Origin: an uncultured delta proteobacterium
GTDB taxonomy: Bacteria; Myxococcota_A; Polyangia; Polyangiales; Polyangiaceae
Length of the DNA stretch: 64,000 nt
Direction: 5' to 3'
Assembly (NCBI GenBank): GCA_963850305.1
Contig: CAWKKR010000004.1
Coordinates: forward strand, 32,001 to 96,000
The notes below the pieces were generated by a model. It was not told the DNA's origin and ran no database searches. It was given only the letters and a program-made list of their open reading frames with translations. Below are positions 1 through 11,619 of the stretch, piece by piece (within the stretch, counting starts at the first letter, position 1; each line of letters starts with the position of its first letter). A program made the position numbers and the translations under genes.

Positions 1-2
1 GC

Positions 3-107
3 ATCAAGACGGGGGTGCGCGGCGTCGGCTACGTGAAGGTGGATCCGTCCGCGATGTGGCCGACGCGGCTCCAGGATCTGGTCGCATCCGCGGACGAGCC
101 TCGATGA
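3..107 (+). CDS. C-terminal end of a HlyD-family membrane fusion protein (YhiI-like), 5'-partial
   Basis: Reads [20 protein letters not shown]...*, resembling the YhiI C-terminus; stop overlaps the next ATG (ATGA at 104-107). Confidence 0.65.
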   Translation: MKTGVRGVGYVKVDPSAMWPTRLQDLVASADEPR

Positions 108-2916
108 GCGGTCCATCGACCACGCCCGAAGGTCGTGCCACGTCTCCCGTCCGTCCGAGCCGCGAGCCCGTCGCGCGCATCGAAAAGGTGACGCATCGTT
201 ACGGGAAGACCGTCGCCCTCGACGACCTCTACCTCGACGTTCCGGCAGGCATCATGGTCGGCATCATCGGGCCCGACGGCGTCGGAAAGTCGACTCTCAT
301 GGCGCTCGTGGCGGGCTCGAAGAGGCTCCAGACCGGGAAGGTGACCGTGCTCGGCGGCGACATCGACGACGGACGCCACCGACGCGATCGTGGGCCCGCA
401 GCATCGCTTACATGCCCCAGGGCCTCGGCAAGAATCTCTATCTCGAGCTCAGCGTCTACGACAACGTCGACTTCATGGCGCAGCTCTTCGGGCTCTCGGC
501 CGCGGAGCGAAAGCGCCACATCCCCGAGCTGCTCGAGGCGACGGGGCTCGGTCCCTTCGCGGCCCGACCCGCCGGGAAGCTGTCCGGCGGGATGAAGCAG
601 AAGGTGGGTCTCTGCGGCGCGCTCGTCCACGAACCGGATCTCTCGATCCTCGACGAGCCGACGACTGGAGTCGATCCGCTGTCGCGCCGGCAGTTCTGGG
701 CGCTCGTTGCGAACATCCGCGCGGAGCGCCCGGGGATGAGCGTCGCGATCTCCACGGCCTATATGGACGAGGCGCAGGGATGGGACTTCATCATAGCGAT
801 GGACGCGGGGCGCGTGCTCGCGACGGGGACGCCCGGGGAGCTCATGTCGCGAACGGCCACGGCGGATCTGGAGCATTGCTTCATCGCTCTTCTGCCGGAA
901 GAGAAGCGCCGGGGGCACACCGAGCTCACGATCCCTCCGCGCGCCTCCGGCCAGGCGGAGATCGCCATCGAGGCCCACGGGCTCACGCGCCGCTTCGGCG
1001 CCTTCACGGCCGTCGATCAGGTCACCCTGTCGATCGAGCGCGGAGAGATCTTCGGGTTCCTCGGCTCGAACGGCTGCGGCAAATCGACGACGATGAAGAT
1101 GCTGACCGGGCTTCTGCCACCGACGGAAGGCACGGCGACGATCTTCGGCAGCTCGGTCGAAGCCGGGCAGCATGGAGGTCCGGAAGAGCCTCGGGTACAT
1201 GACGCAGGCGTTCTCGCTCTACGGCGAGCTCAGCGTGCGCCAGAACCTGGTCCTGCACACGCGCCTCTATCACCTGCCGAAGGACGCGGCCAAGGCGCGC
1301 ATCGAGGAGCTCGTTCGAACGGTTCGGGCTGGCAGCACACATCGACGCGCTTTCGGAATCGCTTCCGATGGGGCTCCGGCAGCGGCTCTCGCTCGCGGTC
1401 GCCGTCCTCCACGAGCCGCAGATCCTCATCCTCGACGAGCCGACGTCGGGTGTGGACCCCGTGGCGCGCGACAGCTTCTGGGAGCTGTTGATCGAGCTCT
1501 CGCGGAAGCAGGGCGTCACCATCTTCGTCACGACGCACTTCATGAACGAGGGCATGCGCTGCGACCGCATCTCCCTCATGAATGCGGGCAAGGTGCTGGC
1601 CTGCCGACACTCCTCGCGCGCTGATCGAGGAGCGCGGGGCCCAGACCCTGGAGGAAGCATTCATCGCGTACATGGAGGACTCCGCCGCCGAGGGCGCGTC
1701 GCGCAAGGCTCCCGCGAGCGTCGCAGCCGACGACCGCGCCTCGGAGAAGGCGTCGCACGATGCGCCCCCGGCGTCCGCGCTTCGTCGGCGGTTCGAGCGC
1801 ATGCGCGCCTACGCCCGCAACGAGACGCTGCAGATCCTCCGCGACCCGGTCCGGCTCGCCTTCGCGTTCGTCGGCTCGGCGCTCTTGATGCTCGTCTTCG
1901 GGTTCGGCATCACGACGGACGTCGAGCACATCCGCTACGCGTCGCTCGACCTCGACCAGTCGCCCGAGAGCCACATGTATCTCGATGAATTCGCGGGCGC
2001 CGAGCGGTACTTCTCCGCGAACTCCGCCCGCCCGCTCGGCGGACGAGGCGCTCGAGCGGCTCCAGTCGGACGACGTCTCGTTGGTCATCGAGATCCCACC
2101 TGCGTTCGGCAAGGACTTCCGTCGCGGCTCCGGGCCGGAGGTGCTCGCGCAGGTCGACGGCGCCATGACCTTCCGCGGCGACACCGTTGCGCAGTACGTG
2201 CAGGGGGTACACGCGACGGCCCTCGCGGACCCGGCGAGCGGCCTCCAGTCGGGCGTTCGTCCGCCGCACTCGGCCGACATCGAGGAACGGTACATGTACA
2301 ACCCCACGTTCGAGAGCGTCTACTCGATCGTGCCGAGCGTCCCGGCCCTGCTGCTGCTCCTGATACCGGCGATCCTCATGACGGTGAGCATCGTTCGCGA
2401 GAAGGAGCTCGGGTCGATCATCAACTTCTACGTCACGCCGACGGGCAGGCTCGAATACCTCGCTCGGCAAGCAGCTCCCCTACGTCGCGATCGGGATGAT
2501 GAACTTCTTCATCCTGACGGCGCTGGCGTTGCTCGTCTTCCAGGTGCCCATCAAGGGGAGCTTCTGGATGCTGACGCTCTGCACGCTCCTCTACGTCACG
2601 GCGACGACCGGGATCGGCATGATGACCTCGACCTTCACGAGCAGCCAGGTGGCGGCCGTGTTCGTCACGGCGATCCTCACCATCGTGCCGACCATCCAGT
2701 TCTCCGGTCTCCTCCAGCCCGTCTCGACGCTCCAGGGGAACGCCGGATTCGTCGGGGTCGATCTGGCCCGCTTCCTACTACATGCACGCGAGTCTGGGCG
2801 CGTACACGAAGGGTCTGGGGCCGCGGCTCATGCTCGGGGACGTCGGATTCCTCTCGGCATGCATCCCCGTGTTCCTCGCGGTGAGCGTCTTCGGGCTCCG
2901 GAAGCAGGAACGCTAG
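104..2916 (+). pseudogene. rbbA: Ribosome-associated ATPase / ABC-2 transporter RbbA (two NBDs + permease), broken by about 7 frameshifts (possibly sequence errors)
   Basis: Pieces in successive frames: [64 protein letters not shown]; ends LRKQER* at 2916. Confidence 0.85.
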
Positions 2917-2918
2917 CC

Positions 2919-4049
2919 GTGACGTCGCTCGAGAACATCCTGTGGCTCGGCCTCAAGGAGCTCCGCAGCTTGCTCGGCGACGTGGTGATGGTCGCGTTCG
3001 TCGTGTACGCGTTCACGCTCGCCATCTACATCCAGGCGACGGGCACCTCGAGCGAGGTCAACAACGCATCGATCGCGTTCGTGGACGAGGACGGCTCCGC
3101 CCTCTCGAAGGAGCTCTTCAACGCGTTCTATCCGCCCCGCTTCAAGCTCCCCGAGGAGCTCGGACCGGAGAAGGCGCAGCACGAGATGGACGCCGGGCAC
3201 CTCATGTTCGTCGTCGTCATCCCCCCGCGATTCGAGCACGACCTGCGCGCGGGGCGTAACCCGGCCATCCAGGTCAACATCGACGCGACCGCCATGCAGC
3301 AGGCCAGCATCGGCGCGGGTTACATCAGGAACATCATCAAGGATCGCGTCGAAATCCTTCATCGGACGGACGGAGGAGACTCCGCCCGAGAGCCGATCAA
3401 CCTCGTCATCCGGAAGAGGTTCAACCCGAACGGGCGTCTCCTCGTGGTTCAAGAGCGTGGTGGCGCTCATCAATCAGATCACCCTCCTCACCGTAGTGCT
3501 CACCGGCGCCGCGGTGATCCGCGAACGGGAACACGGCACGCTCGAGCACTTGCTCGTCATGCCGCTCACGGCGTTCGAGATCGCGATGGCCAAGGTGTGG
3601 GCCAACGGCTTCGTGATCCTCGTCGCGACGGCGGCATCGCTCCTCCTGATCGTCGAGGCTGGCGCTGAAAGTGCCCTTCGCCGGATCGATGACCCTGTGG
3701 TTCGCCGGGGTCGTCCTCTACCTGTTCTTCGCGACTGCGCTCGGGATCTTTCTCGGGACCATCTCGCGGTCGATGGCGCAGTTCGCGCTCCTCATCATCC
3801 TCGTGATCGTCGTCCTGATGCTGCTATCGGGCGGAAGCACCCCGGTGGAGAGTCAGCCGAAATGGCTGCAGTACGCCACTTATCTCCTCCCCGCGCGCCA
3901 CTTCGTGAGCTTCTCGCAGATCATCATCTACCGCGGAGGCGGCCTCGACGCCGTCTGGCTGCACTTCCTGATGGTCACGGCGATCGGCCTCGTCTTCTTC
4001 GTCTACAGTCTGATCGCTGTTCCGCAAGTCCATCGCCGTGACGAAGTAG
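2919..4049 (+). pseudogene. yhhJ: ABC-2 type permease YhhJ-like, several frameshifts
   Basis: NILWLGLKELRSL, IQVNIDATAM, REREHGTLEHLLVMP, LSGGSTPVESQP split across frames; ends FRKSIAVTK*. Confidence 0.8.
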
Positions 4050-4104
4050 TCGCCGCCGACGATGAGCGGTCTGGGGGAGGTCGCACGCTCATCCGCGCGA
4101 GACG

Positions 4105-4923
4105 TCAGGCGCGCGGCAGCACGAAGCGCTCCACGGCGTTCGCGAAGCCCTCCTCCGAGTACGAGGTGGTGACGAAATCCGCTTCCCGCTGGACCTCGGG
4201 GCTCGCGTTGCCCATCGCGATGCTGAGCCCACCCTTCTCGAACATGAGCACGTCGTTCGATTGATCTCCGATCGTCGCGATCCGCTCGGTCGAAACGTGG
4301 AGGTATCGCGCGAGCCGCTCGACGACCGCGCCCTTGTTGGCGTCGGGATGCGTCACGTCGACGTAATGGGGCTGGGACCGGGCCGCGGAGGCGCGGGGGC
4401 CGAACCTTTCCTGTAGATGCCGTTCGCAGCGCGCCACGGCGGCGTGGTCCAGGCTGACGCCGACAATCTTGACCGCCCGATCGAGCACCGGCTCGTAGCT
4501 CGTCACGACGACCGGGGGCAGCTTCAGCGTGGACGTCTCTCGGTCGACCCGCGCCCCGCGAGGGTGTTGGACGTACCAGTCCGTCGCGCCGAAGATCCAG
4601 ACATCGAGGCCGTCCGCGGTGATCGCCTCCAGTACTTCTCGCGCGAGCGCGACCGGGAGCCGCTTCTCGTCGACGATGGACAGATCAGGGAGCACGATGA
4701 TCCCCCCGTTGAACGCGGCCATGGCCGTATTCAGCCCGAGCGGCTCGACGAGCATGCGGAGGCCACGCGGGGGGCGCCCGCTCGTTAGGCAGAACGTGAC
4801 GTGGCGCTCGCGGAGGTGCTCGACGGCCTCGAGCGTCCGCGGCGTCAGCATCTTTTCGGGTGTGACCAGCGTCCCATCGACGTCCGCGAGCAGCGCGGCA
4901 ATCCCGTCCGGGTCGTGCAGCAT
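4105..4923 (-). CDS. Cof-type HAD-IIB hydrolase
   Basis: DVDGTL motif I, TSGR, ANKG, GDQSND motif IV; start could be GTG 4932 overlapping the upstream stop. Confidence 0.9.
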   Translation of the reverse strand: MLHDPDGIAALLADVDGTLVTPEKMLTPRTLEAVEHLRERHVTFCLTSGRPPRGLRMLVEPLGLNTAMAAFNGGIIVLPDLSIVDEKRLPVALAREVLEAITADGLDVWIFGATDWYVQHPRGARVDRETSTLKLPPVVVTSYEPVLDRAVKIVGVSLDHAAVARCERHLQERFGPRASAARSQPHYVDVTHPDANKGAVVERLARYLHVSTERIATIGDQSNDVLMFEKGGLSIAMGNASPEVQREADFVTTSYSEEGFANAVERFVLPRA

Positions 4924-4928
4924 CGTGT

Positions 4929-5969
4929 TCACCTCACTTGATCGCGGCTCTGCTTTTCGAGGGCCTCCGTGTAAGCACCTCGCGCGGCGAACCCGTTGCA
5001 CTTCGCGCGGTGAAGGAACTCTCGCTGCGCCGCCTCGACGTTCGCAAACCCGCCTCGCCAAGTCGCCAGCGCGGCGTCCTGCAAGGCCCGGCCGTACGAG
5101 AAGCTCAGCTTCCAGGGCTTCGGCCCCCCGGCGCGATTGATCGCGTCGAGGTGGCGCGTCGCCTCGATGTCGTTCTGGCCGCCGGAAAGGAAGACGACAC
5201 CGGGCACCGCCGCCGGCACGTGGCGGCGCAGGCAGCGGAGCGTGGCCGTCGCGACCTCGGCGTCGCTCGACTGCCGCGGACATGCAACGCCGGACACGAC
5301 CATGTTCGGCTTGAGCAGCATCCCCTCGAACGACACGTCCTGCTCCGCGAGCGCCTCGAAGACGGTGTGCAGCACCGCATCCGTCACCTCCTCGCAGCGC
5401 TCGATCGTGTGGGAGCCGTCCATCAGCACCTCGGGCTCGACGACGGGAACGACGTCCTGCTCCTGACAGAGGGCCGCGTACCGCGCGAGCGCGTCGGCGT
5501 TCGCGACGACGCAGGCCGCGCTCGGCCGCGAATCGCCGACTTCGATCACGGCACGCCACTTGGCGAAGCGCGCGCCGAGCCGGCGGTAGTCGACAATCCG
5601 TTCGCGCAGGCCGTCGAGCCCCTCGGTCACGTGCTCTGCCGTGTGACCGGCGAGCGGCTTCGCCCCGGTGTCCACCTTGATCCCCGCGACCATGCCGAGA
5701 TCGTCGCAGACACGGGCGAACGGCTCGCCGTCGTCCGAAAACTGATGGATCGTCTCGTCCTGCAAGATCACGCCCGCGATGAACTCCGCGGCGCCCGGCG
5801 TCGTGAGGAGGATCTCGCGGTATTCGCGACGGCTCTCCGGGTTCGAGGCGACCTCGAGCGAATCAAAGCGCCTGGTCAGGGTCCCTGGCGTCTCGTCCGC
5901 GGCGAGGAGCCCCCTGGCGTTCGAGACCAGGCGAGCGGCGGTGTCGGTGAGGGTCGATGATGGATTCAT
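4929..5969 (-). CDS. Class I fructose-bisphosphate aldolase
   Basis: GLLAADET, GIKVDTG, ARFAKWR, VVEPEVL, LLKPNMV (Schiff-base Lys), FLSGGQ, FSYGRALQ. Confidence 0.93.
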   Translation of the reverse strand: MNPSSTLTDTAARLVSNARGLLAADETPGTLTRRFDSLEVASNPESRREYREILLTTPGAAEFIAGVILQDETIHQFSDDGEPFARVCDDLGMVAGIKVDTGAKPLAGHTAEHVTEGLDGLRERIVDYRRLGARFAKWRAVIEVGDSRPSAACVVANADALARYAALCQEQDVVPVVEPEVLMDGSHTIERCEEVTDAVLHTVFEALAEQDVSFEGMLLKPNMVVSGVACPRQSSDAEVATATLRCLRRHVPAAVPGVVFLSGGQNDIEATRHLDAINRAGGPKPWKLSFSYGRALQDAALATWRGGFANVEAAQREFLHRAKCNGFAARGAYTEALEKQSRDQVR

Positions 5970-7165
5970 GGTCTTGCCTCGATCACTTGGACGACCTGAG
6001 AGAGCATCGCGAGATCTTCGCGGGTCGCGATCACGAGGATCCGTGCCGGGCTTCCGCTCCGCGCGAGGTCCGCGTCCGGTCGACAGCGGGCATTCGCGTC
6101 CTCGTCGAGCTCGAGCCCCACGCACTCGAGTCCGCGGCACGCTGCCCTGCGGATCTCGGCCGCGTTCTCGCCGACCCCGGCGGTGAAGACGAGCGCGTCC
6201 AGACCGCCGAGCGTCACCGCGAGCGCACCGACGGCGGCGCGCACCCGGTGCGTGTACACGTCCACGGCGAGACGCGCGCCTTCGTGGCCGTCGCGTGCCG
6301 CCGCGAGGACCTCGCGCATGTCGGCCGAGATCCCCGACACGCCGAGCAGGCCGCAGCGACGGTTGAGCACGTCCTCGATCGCCGGCGCGTCGAGACCGTG
6401 GCGGAGCTGGACGTGGGTGATGACGCCCGGATCGACGGAACCGCTCCTCGTCGCCATCATCAGGCCATCGAGCGGGGTAAATCCCATCGTCGTGTCGATC
6501 GAGCGACCGTGCAGCACGGCCGTGGCCGAGCAGCCGTGCCCCAGGTGACAGATGACGAGTCTGAGCTCGCAGAGGGGCTTCGAGAGCATCTCGGCGGCCC
6601 GCGCCGAACAGTACGCGTAGCTCAGGCCGTGGAACCCGTATCGCCGGATCCCCCAGCCCTCCGTCCACTCGCGCGGAACGGCAAAGGTGCGGGCCGAGAG
6701 CGGCAACGTCGCGTGGAATTCCGTGTCGAAGAGGGCCACCTGCGGAACGCCCGGGAGGCTGGCTTCGGCCGCTTCGAGCGTCTCCAGGCCCGGCGGATTG
6801 TGGAGCGGCGCGAGTTCGGCGAGCGCCGCGATGCGGCCGCGTACGTCGCCCGTGATGCGGACCGGCGCGGTGAAATCACCGCCGTGCACGATCCGATGTC
6901 CCACAGCAATCGGCGGCCACTCGGCAGCCGCGGAGGCGTCCCGTCTCGCGCGAGAGAGATCGCCCAGCGCGCGCCGGACGGCATCGCCGTGACCGCGCCA
7001 TGCGACCCGCTCGGAGACGCGTTCGAGGCCGGCTCCGGAGCATTCGTAGCGCGTCACGGGTCCCGCCCAATCTGTCGCAGCGCGCGCGATGACGGCGCGA
7101 TCGGCGGAGTCCATGAACGTACACCTCAGACTGCTCGACCCGGCATTCAGTAAGAGGATCTTCAT
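5966..7165 (-). CDS. ackA: Acetate kinase
   Basis: LLNAGSSS, GHRIVHGG, APLHNP, RRYGFHG, HLGHG, TRSGSVDP, FTAGVGEN. Confidence 0.95.
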   Translation of the reverse strand: MKILLLNAGSSSLRCTFMDSADRAVIARAATDWAGPVTRYECSGAGLERVSERVAWRGHGDAVRRALGDLSRARRDASAAAEWPPIAVGHRIVHGGDFTAPVRITGDVRGRIAALAELAPLHNPPGLETLEAAEASLPGVPQVALFDTEFHATLPLSARTFAVPREWTEGWGIRRYGFHGLSYAYCSARAAEMLSKPLCELRLVICHLGHGCSATAVLHGRSIDTTMGFTPLDGLMMATRSGSVDPGVITHVQLRHGLDAPAIEDVLNRRCGLLGVSGISADMREVLAAARDGHEGARLAVDVYTHRVRAAVGALAVTLGGLDALVFTAGVGENAAEIRRAACRGLECVGLELDEDANARCRPDADLARSGSPARILVIATREDLAMLSQVVQVIEARP

Positions 7166-7173
7166 GGCGCTCC

Positions 7174-9642
7174 TCAGACGTTGTCGCCTTCCGTCGATGT
7201 CGCTCGCCGCTGGAGGCCGCCCGAATCGCCAGCGTCGTGCCACCGCCACCCGGTGATATCGGGCATGTCTTCCCCATGCTCCTCGATGTACTGCCGGTGC
7301 TCGATCAGACGATCGCGGATAGCCTGTCGGAAATACGCGGCGCGCGCACCGAGCTTCGGCAGTCGATCGACGACGTCCTCCGCGAGGTGGTAGCGGTCCA
7401 TGTCGTTCCGGACCACCATGTCGAACGGCGTCGTCGTCGTGCCCTCCTCCTTGTAACCGCGCACGTGGAGGCCGGCGTGGTTGGTGCGCCGGTACGTGAG
7501 ACGGTGGATGAGCCAGGGGTAGCCGTGGAACGCGAAGATGATGGGCTTGTCCGTCGTGAACAGACCGTCGAACTCGCGATCGGACAGGCCGTGCGGATGT
7601 TCTTCCTGGGGCTGAAGTCGCGTGAGGTCGACCACGTTGACGACCCTCACCTTGAGCTCCGGCAGGTGCCGGCGAAGGAGCGACACGGCCGCGAGCGTTT
7701 CGAGCGTTGGCACGTCTCCGCAGCACGCCATCACCACGTCCGGCTCGCTGCCCTGGTCGTTGCTCGCGAAGGCCCAGATCCCGATCCCGGCGGTACAGTG
7801 CTTGATGGCCTGATCCATCGTGAGCCACTGCGGAGCCGGCTGCTTGCCGGCAATGACGACGTTCACGTAGTTCCGACTCCGGAGGCAGTGATCCGTCACC
7901 GATAGCAGCGTGTTCGCGTCCGGCGGCAGATAGACCCGGACCACCTCGGGCTTCTTGTTCACCACGTGATCGATGAAGCCCGGATCCTGGTGACTGAACC
8001 CGTTGTGGTCCTGACGCCACACGTGGGAGCTCAAGAGGTAGTTGAGCGAGGCGATCGGTCTCCGCCACGGGATGTGGTTACACACCTTCAGCCACTTGGC
8101 GTGCTGGTTGAACATGGAATCGATGATGTGGATGAAAGCCTCGTAGCAGCTGAAGAAGCCGTGTCGTCCGGTGAGCAGGTACCCTTCGAGCCATCCCTGG
8201 CACTGATGTTCGGAGAGCACTTCCATCACGCGGCCGTCCGGCGCGAGGTGATCGTCTTCCGGGAAGATCTCCGCTTCGTAGCTCCGATTCGTGACCTCGA
8301 GGACGTCCTGCCAGCGGTTCGAATTGTTCTCGTCCGGGCTGAACAACCGGAAGTTCTGGTGGTCGAGGTTGAGTTTCATCACGTCGCGCAAGAACTTCCC
8401 CTGAACGCGCGTCGACTCCGCGTCCGTGGCTCCGGGAACCGCGACGTCGACGGCGTAGTCGCGGAAGTCCGGAAGGCGCAGATCCCTGAGCAGGAGCCCC
8501 CCGTTCGCGTGTGGGTTCGCGCTCATGCGCCGCGCCCCCCGTGGAGGGAGCTCGGCGAGCTCCGGCTCGAGGCGGCCCGTCGCGTCGAAGAGCTCCTCGG
8601 GGCGATAGCTCTGCATCCAGTGCTCGAGGATGCGGATGTGCTCGGGCTTGTCCATGTCGCCCATGGGCACCTGGTGACTGCGCCAGTATCCCTCGCATAG
8701 CTTGCCGTCGATCTCACGCGGACACGTCCACCCCTTCGGCGTACGAAGGACGATCATGGGCCAGGTGGGGCGCTCGGTGTGCCCGCGCTCACGCGCTACC
8801 TCTCTGATCCGGTGGATGTCCGCGACGACGCTCTCCAGCGTCTCGGCCATCAGCCGGTGCATCGCTTTGGGCTCGTGCCCCTCGACGAAATACGGACGAT
8901 AACCGTACCCCTCGAAGAGCTTCTGTAGCTCCTCCTTCGGGATGCGCGCGAGGTAGCAGGGGTTCGCGATCTTGTAGCCGTTCAGGTGCAAGATGGGCAG
9001 GACGCACCCGTCGCGAGCCGGGTTCAAAAACTTGTTGCCGTGCCAGCCCGTCGCGAGAGGCCCGGTCTCGGCCTCGCCGTCGCCGACGACGCACGCGACG
9101 ATCAGATCTGGATTGTCGAACGCGGCCCCGAACGCGTGAGACAGGGAGTAGCCGAGCTCGCCTCCCTCGTGGATCGATCCCGGAGTCTCGGGCGCGACGT
9201 GGCTCGGGATGCCGCCGGGAAAGCTGAACTGCTTGAAGAGACGTCGCATCCCATCTTCGTCCTCCGTGATGTTCGGATACACCTCACTGTAGGTGCCCTC
9301 GAGGTACGCGTTCGCGACGAGTGCCGGGCCTCCGTGCCCTGGGCCCGTCACGAAGATCATGTCGAGGTCGTGCTTCTCGATGACGCGGTTCAGGTGCACG
9401 TAGACGAAGTTCAACCCGGGCGTCGTGCCCCAGTGCCCGAGCAAGCGGGGCTTGATGTGCTCACGCGAAAGCGGCTTCCGGAGCAGCGGATTATCGAGGA
9501 GGTAGATCTGCCCGACGGAGAGGTAGTTGGCGGCCCGCCAATATGCGTCGATCTTCGCGAGCTCGGTCTCCGGGAGGGAACGGGAGCCTTGCCCCACGAA
9601 GGAAGGCTCTCTCGAAATCTTCTGGACGGTGCTTGTCGTCAT
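7174..9642 (-). CDS. xfp: Xylulose-5-P/fructose-6-P phosphoketolase
   Basis: [27 protein letters not shown] (ThDP), [22 protein letters not shown]. Confidence 0.97.
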   Translation of the reverse strand: MTTSTVQKISREPSFVGQGSRSLPETELAKIDAYWRAANYLSVGQIYLLDNPLLRKPLSREHIKPRLLGHWGTTPGLNFVYVHLNRVIEKHDLDMIFVTGPGHGGPALVANAYLEGTYSEVYPNITEDEDGMRRLFKQFSFPGGIPSHVAPETPGSIHEGGELGYSLSHAFGAAFDNPDLIVACVVGDGEAETGPLATGWHGNKFLNPARDGCVLPILHLNGYKIANPCYLARIPKEELQKLFEGYGYRPYFVEGHEPKAMHRLMAETLESVVADIHRIREVARERGHTERPTWPMIVLRTPKGWTCPREIDGKLCEGYWRSHQVPMGDMDKPEHIRILEHWMQSYRPEELFDATGRLEPELAELPPRGARRMSANPHANGGLLLRDLRLPDFRDYAVDVAVPGATDAESTRVQGKFLRDVMKLNLDHQNFRLFSPDENNSNRWQDVLEVTNRSYEAEIFPEDDHLAPDGRVMEVLSEHQCQGWLEGYLLTGRHGFFSCYEAFIHIIDSMFNQHAKWLKVCNHIPWRRPIASLNYLLSSHVWRQDHNGFSHQDPGFIDHVVNKKPEVVRVYLPPDANTLLSVTDHCLRSRNYVNVVIAGKQPAPQWLTMDQAIKHCTAGIGIWAFASNDQGSEPDVVMACCGDVPTLETLAAVSLLRRHLPELKVRVVNVVDLTRLQPQEEHPHGLSDREFDGLFTTDKPIIFAFHGYPWLIHRLTYRRTNHAGLHVRGYKEEGTTTTPFDMVVRNDMDRYHLAEDVVDRLPKLGARAAYFRQAIRDRLIEHRQYIEEHGEDMPDITGWRWHDAGDSGGLQRRATSTEGDNV

Positions 9643-9679
9643 GGATCCTCTGGGTTGGAGTGAGCGCTGCTATGCGTCG

Positions 9680-9695
9680 TGCAAGGCGCGTGCCC
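9680..9695 (-). promoter_or_regulatory. Putative sigma54 (-24/-12) promoter for the xfp operon
   Basis: Minus strand reads GGGCACG-CGCC-TTGCA, exact GG-N10-GC spacing, about 38 nt upstream of the xfp ATG. Confidence 0.6.
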
Positions 9696-9769
9696 TCGAG
9701 AGACCGCGCGTTCGCGGCTCTTGCAGGTCGGTCGTCCGCCAGCGGACTCGTCCTCGCACGAACCAAAAC

Positions 9770-9785
9770 GGGCATGGGAGATGCT
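9770..9785 (+). promoter_or_regulatory. Putative sigma54 promoter for the GH15 gene
   Basis: GGGCATG-GGAG-ATGCT, GG-N10-GC spacing. Confidence 0.4.
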
Positions 9786-9798
9786 TCGACGATGACCC

Positions 9799-11619
9799 AT
9801 GCAAGCTCAAACAACGACCCCATCCGACCAGTCGCCGCGCATGCCCGCTGCCGCGGCTTACGTGCAACCTCTCATCGAGGACCACGCGCTCATCGGCGAT
9901 CTGAACACCGCCGCGCTGGTCACTCGCGACGGCACGATCGATTTCATGTGTCTGCCGGACTTCGATTCCGACGCCTGTTTCACCGCGCTCCTCGGTACGC
10001 GCGAAAACGGTTACTGGAGGATCGCACCCACGTCGCCCGTGCGGAGGTCGCGCCGCCGCTATCGAGACGACACGCTCGTCCTCGAGAGCGAGTTCGACAC
10101 GGACGACGGCACCCTCCGGATCACGGATTTCATGCCGATCCGCGAGGCGGGATCGCCGCCGCGCGTCGTCCGTATCGTCGAGTGCACACGGGGCCAGGTG
10201 ACGGTGAGGAGCGACCTCGTACCCCGCTTCGCGAACGGCATGACGGTGCCGATGATCGGGCCGAGAGACGGCTCGGCGGCGGCGGTTGCCGGCCCCGACG
10301 CGCTCTACCTGCGGGTCGCCGGAGAACGAGCCCCGGCCTTCTCGCAGGAACTCGTCGTCAAGGCCGGCCAGAGCATTCCATTCGTGCTCACCTGGGCGAG
10401 GCCGTATGACCCGATCCCGAAGCGCCTGGACGCATCTTCGGCCCTCGGCGAGACGCAGGCTTACTGGGAAGACTGGGTTTCGAAGCTCGCGGCGCCCGCG
10501 AACTACCGTGACGCGGTGGTGCGCTCCCTCATCACGCTCAAGGCGTGCACTTTCGCCCCGTCGGGTGCGATCGTCGCCGCACCCACGTTCGGACTACCGG
10601 AAACCCTCGGCGGCGAGAGAAACTGGGACTACCGCTTCTGCTGGATCCGCGACGCGTCCCTCACGCTACGCGCCTTCATCAGGGCTGGCGCCAGGAAGGA
10701 GGCAGAACATTTCTACGACTGGCTGGTCGACGCGATCGCGGGCGCTCCGAGTCAGATGCAGATCATGTACGGCATCCGCGGCGAGCGCCGCCTGACGGAG
10801 GTGGAGCTCGGCTGGCTCACCGGATACCAGGGAGCGCGCCCGGTGCGGATCGGCAACGCGGCGTACGATCAGTTCCAGCTCGACGTGTACGGGGAGTTCG
10901 CGGCGGTACTGTACGACGGGACGCAGTTCTTCGGCGAGCTCGCACCGCGCGTCCGCAACGCGCTCAAGGTCGTCGCCATGGAGGTGGCGCGCGTATGGAA
11001 GACGAACGATCGCGGCATCTGGGAGGTCCGAGGACCCGAGCGCGCGTTCACCGCGTCGAAGGTTGCCGCGTGGGTGGCCGTGGATGTCTGGATCAAGGTC
11101 ATCGAGCAGCACCACCTCGATGAAAAGGTCGAGTCCTGGAAGGCGCTGCGGCAGGAGATCTTCGACGAGGTCTGCAAGTTCGGATACGACGCGGAGGGCC
11201 GGACATTCACGCAGTACTACGGCGGCAAGGGCCTCGACGCGAGCTTGCTCGTGATCCCGCTCGCGGGGTTCCTGCCGGCAAACGACCCGCGCGTCGTGGG
11301 CACGGTCGCGGCAATCGAACGCGAGCTCATGCCGAAGGGGCTCGTCCTCCGCTATAGAACGGAGGACACCGTCGACGGTCTCCTGGGCGAGGAGGGCACG
11401 TTCCTTCCGTGCTCCTTCTGGCTCGCGAACACGTATCAGCTCATGGGGCGCACCGAGGACGCGCGGCGGCTATTCGAAAAGCTCGTCGCCCTCTCGAACG
11501 ACCTCGGTCTGCTCGCCGAGGAGTACCTCCCCGACGAGCACCGCCAGGTCGGCAACTTTCCGCAGGCGTTCAGCCACCTCGCCCTGGTGCAGAGCGCCTT
11601 CCAGATCGGTGGCACCTGA
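9799..11619 (+). CDS. Glycoside hydrolase family 15 (glucoamylase/trehalase-like); true start may be 9841
   Basis: IEDHALIGD, RNWDYRFCWIRD, QLDVYGE, GIWEVR, LLAEE, GNFPQAFSH. Confidence 0.93.
   Translation: MQAQTTTPSDQSPRMPAAAAYVQPLIEDHALIGDLNTAALVTRDGTIDFMCLPDFDSDACFTALLGTRENGYWRIAPTSPVRRSRRRYRDDTLVLESEFDTDDGTLRITDFMPIREAGSPPRVVRIVECTRGQVTVRSDLVPRFANGMTVPMIGPRDGSAAAVAGPDALYLRVAGERAPAFSQELVVKAGQSIPFVLTWARPYDPIPKRLDASSALGETQAYWEDWVSKLAAPANYRDAVVRSLITLKACTFAPSGAIVAAPTFGLPETLGGERNWDYRFCWIRDASLTLRAFIRAGARKEAEHFYDWLVDAIAGAPSQMQIMYGIRGERRLTEVELGWLTGYQGARPVRIGNAAYDQFQLDVYGEFAAVLYDGTQFFGELAPRVRNALKVVAMEVARVWKTNDRGIWEVRGPERAFTASKVAAWVAVDVWIKVIEQHHLDEKVESWKALRQEIFDEVCKFGYDAEGRTFTQYYGGKGLDASLLVIPLAGFLPANDPRVVGTVAAIERELMPKGLVLRYRTEDTVDGLLGEEGTFLPCSFWLANTYQLMGRTEDARRLFEKLVALSNDLGLLAEEYLPDEHRQVGNFPQAFSHLALVQSAFQIGGT

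Noticed and set aside
2496..3668. Apparent rbbA-yhhJ fusion ORF
   Set aside because: Produced by a frameshift near 2760; RbbA ends normally at 2916
5970..8068. Apparent long N-terminal extensions of aldolase and AckA in the ORF track (also Cof, 5'-nucleotidase, DTW)
   Set aside because: They overlap upstream genes in other frames; motif-based starts lie further downstream
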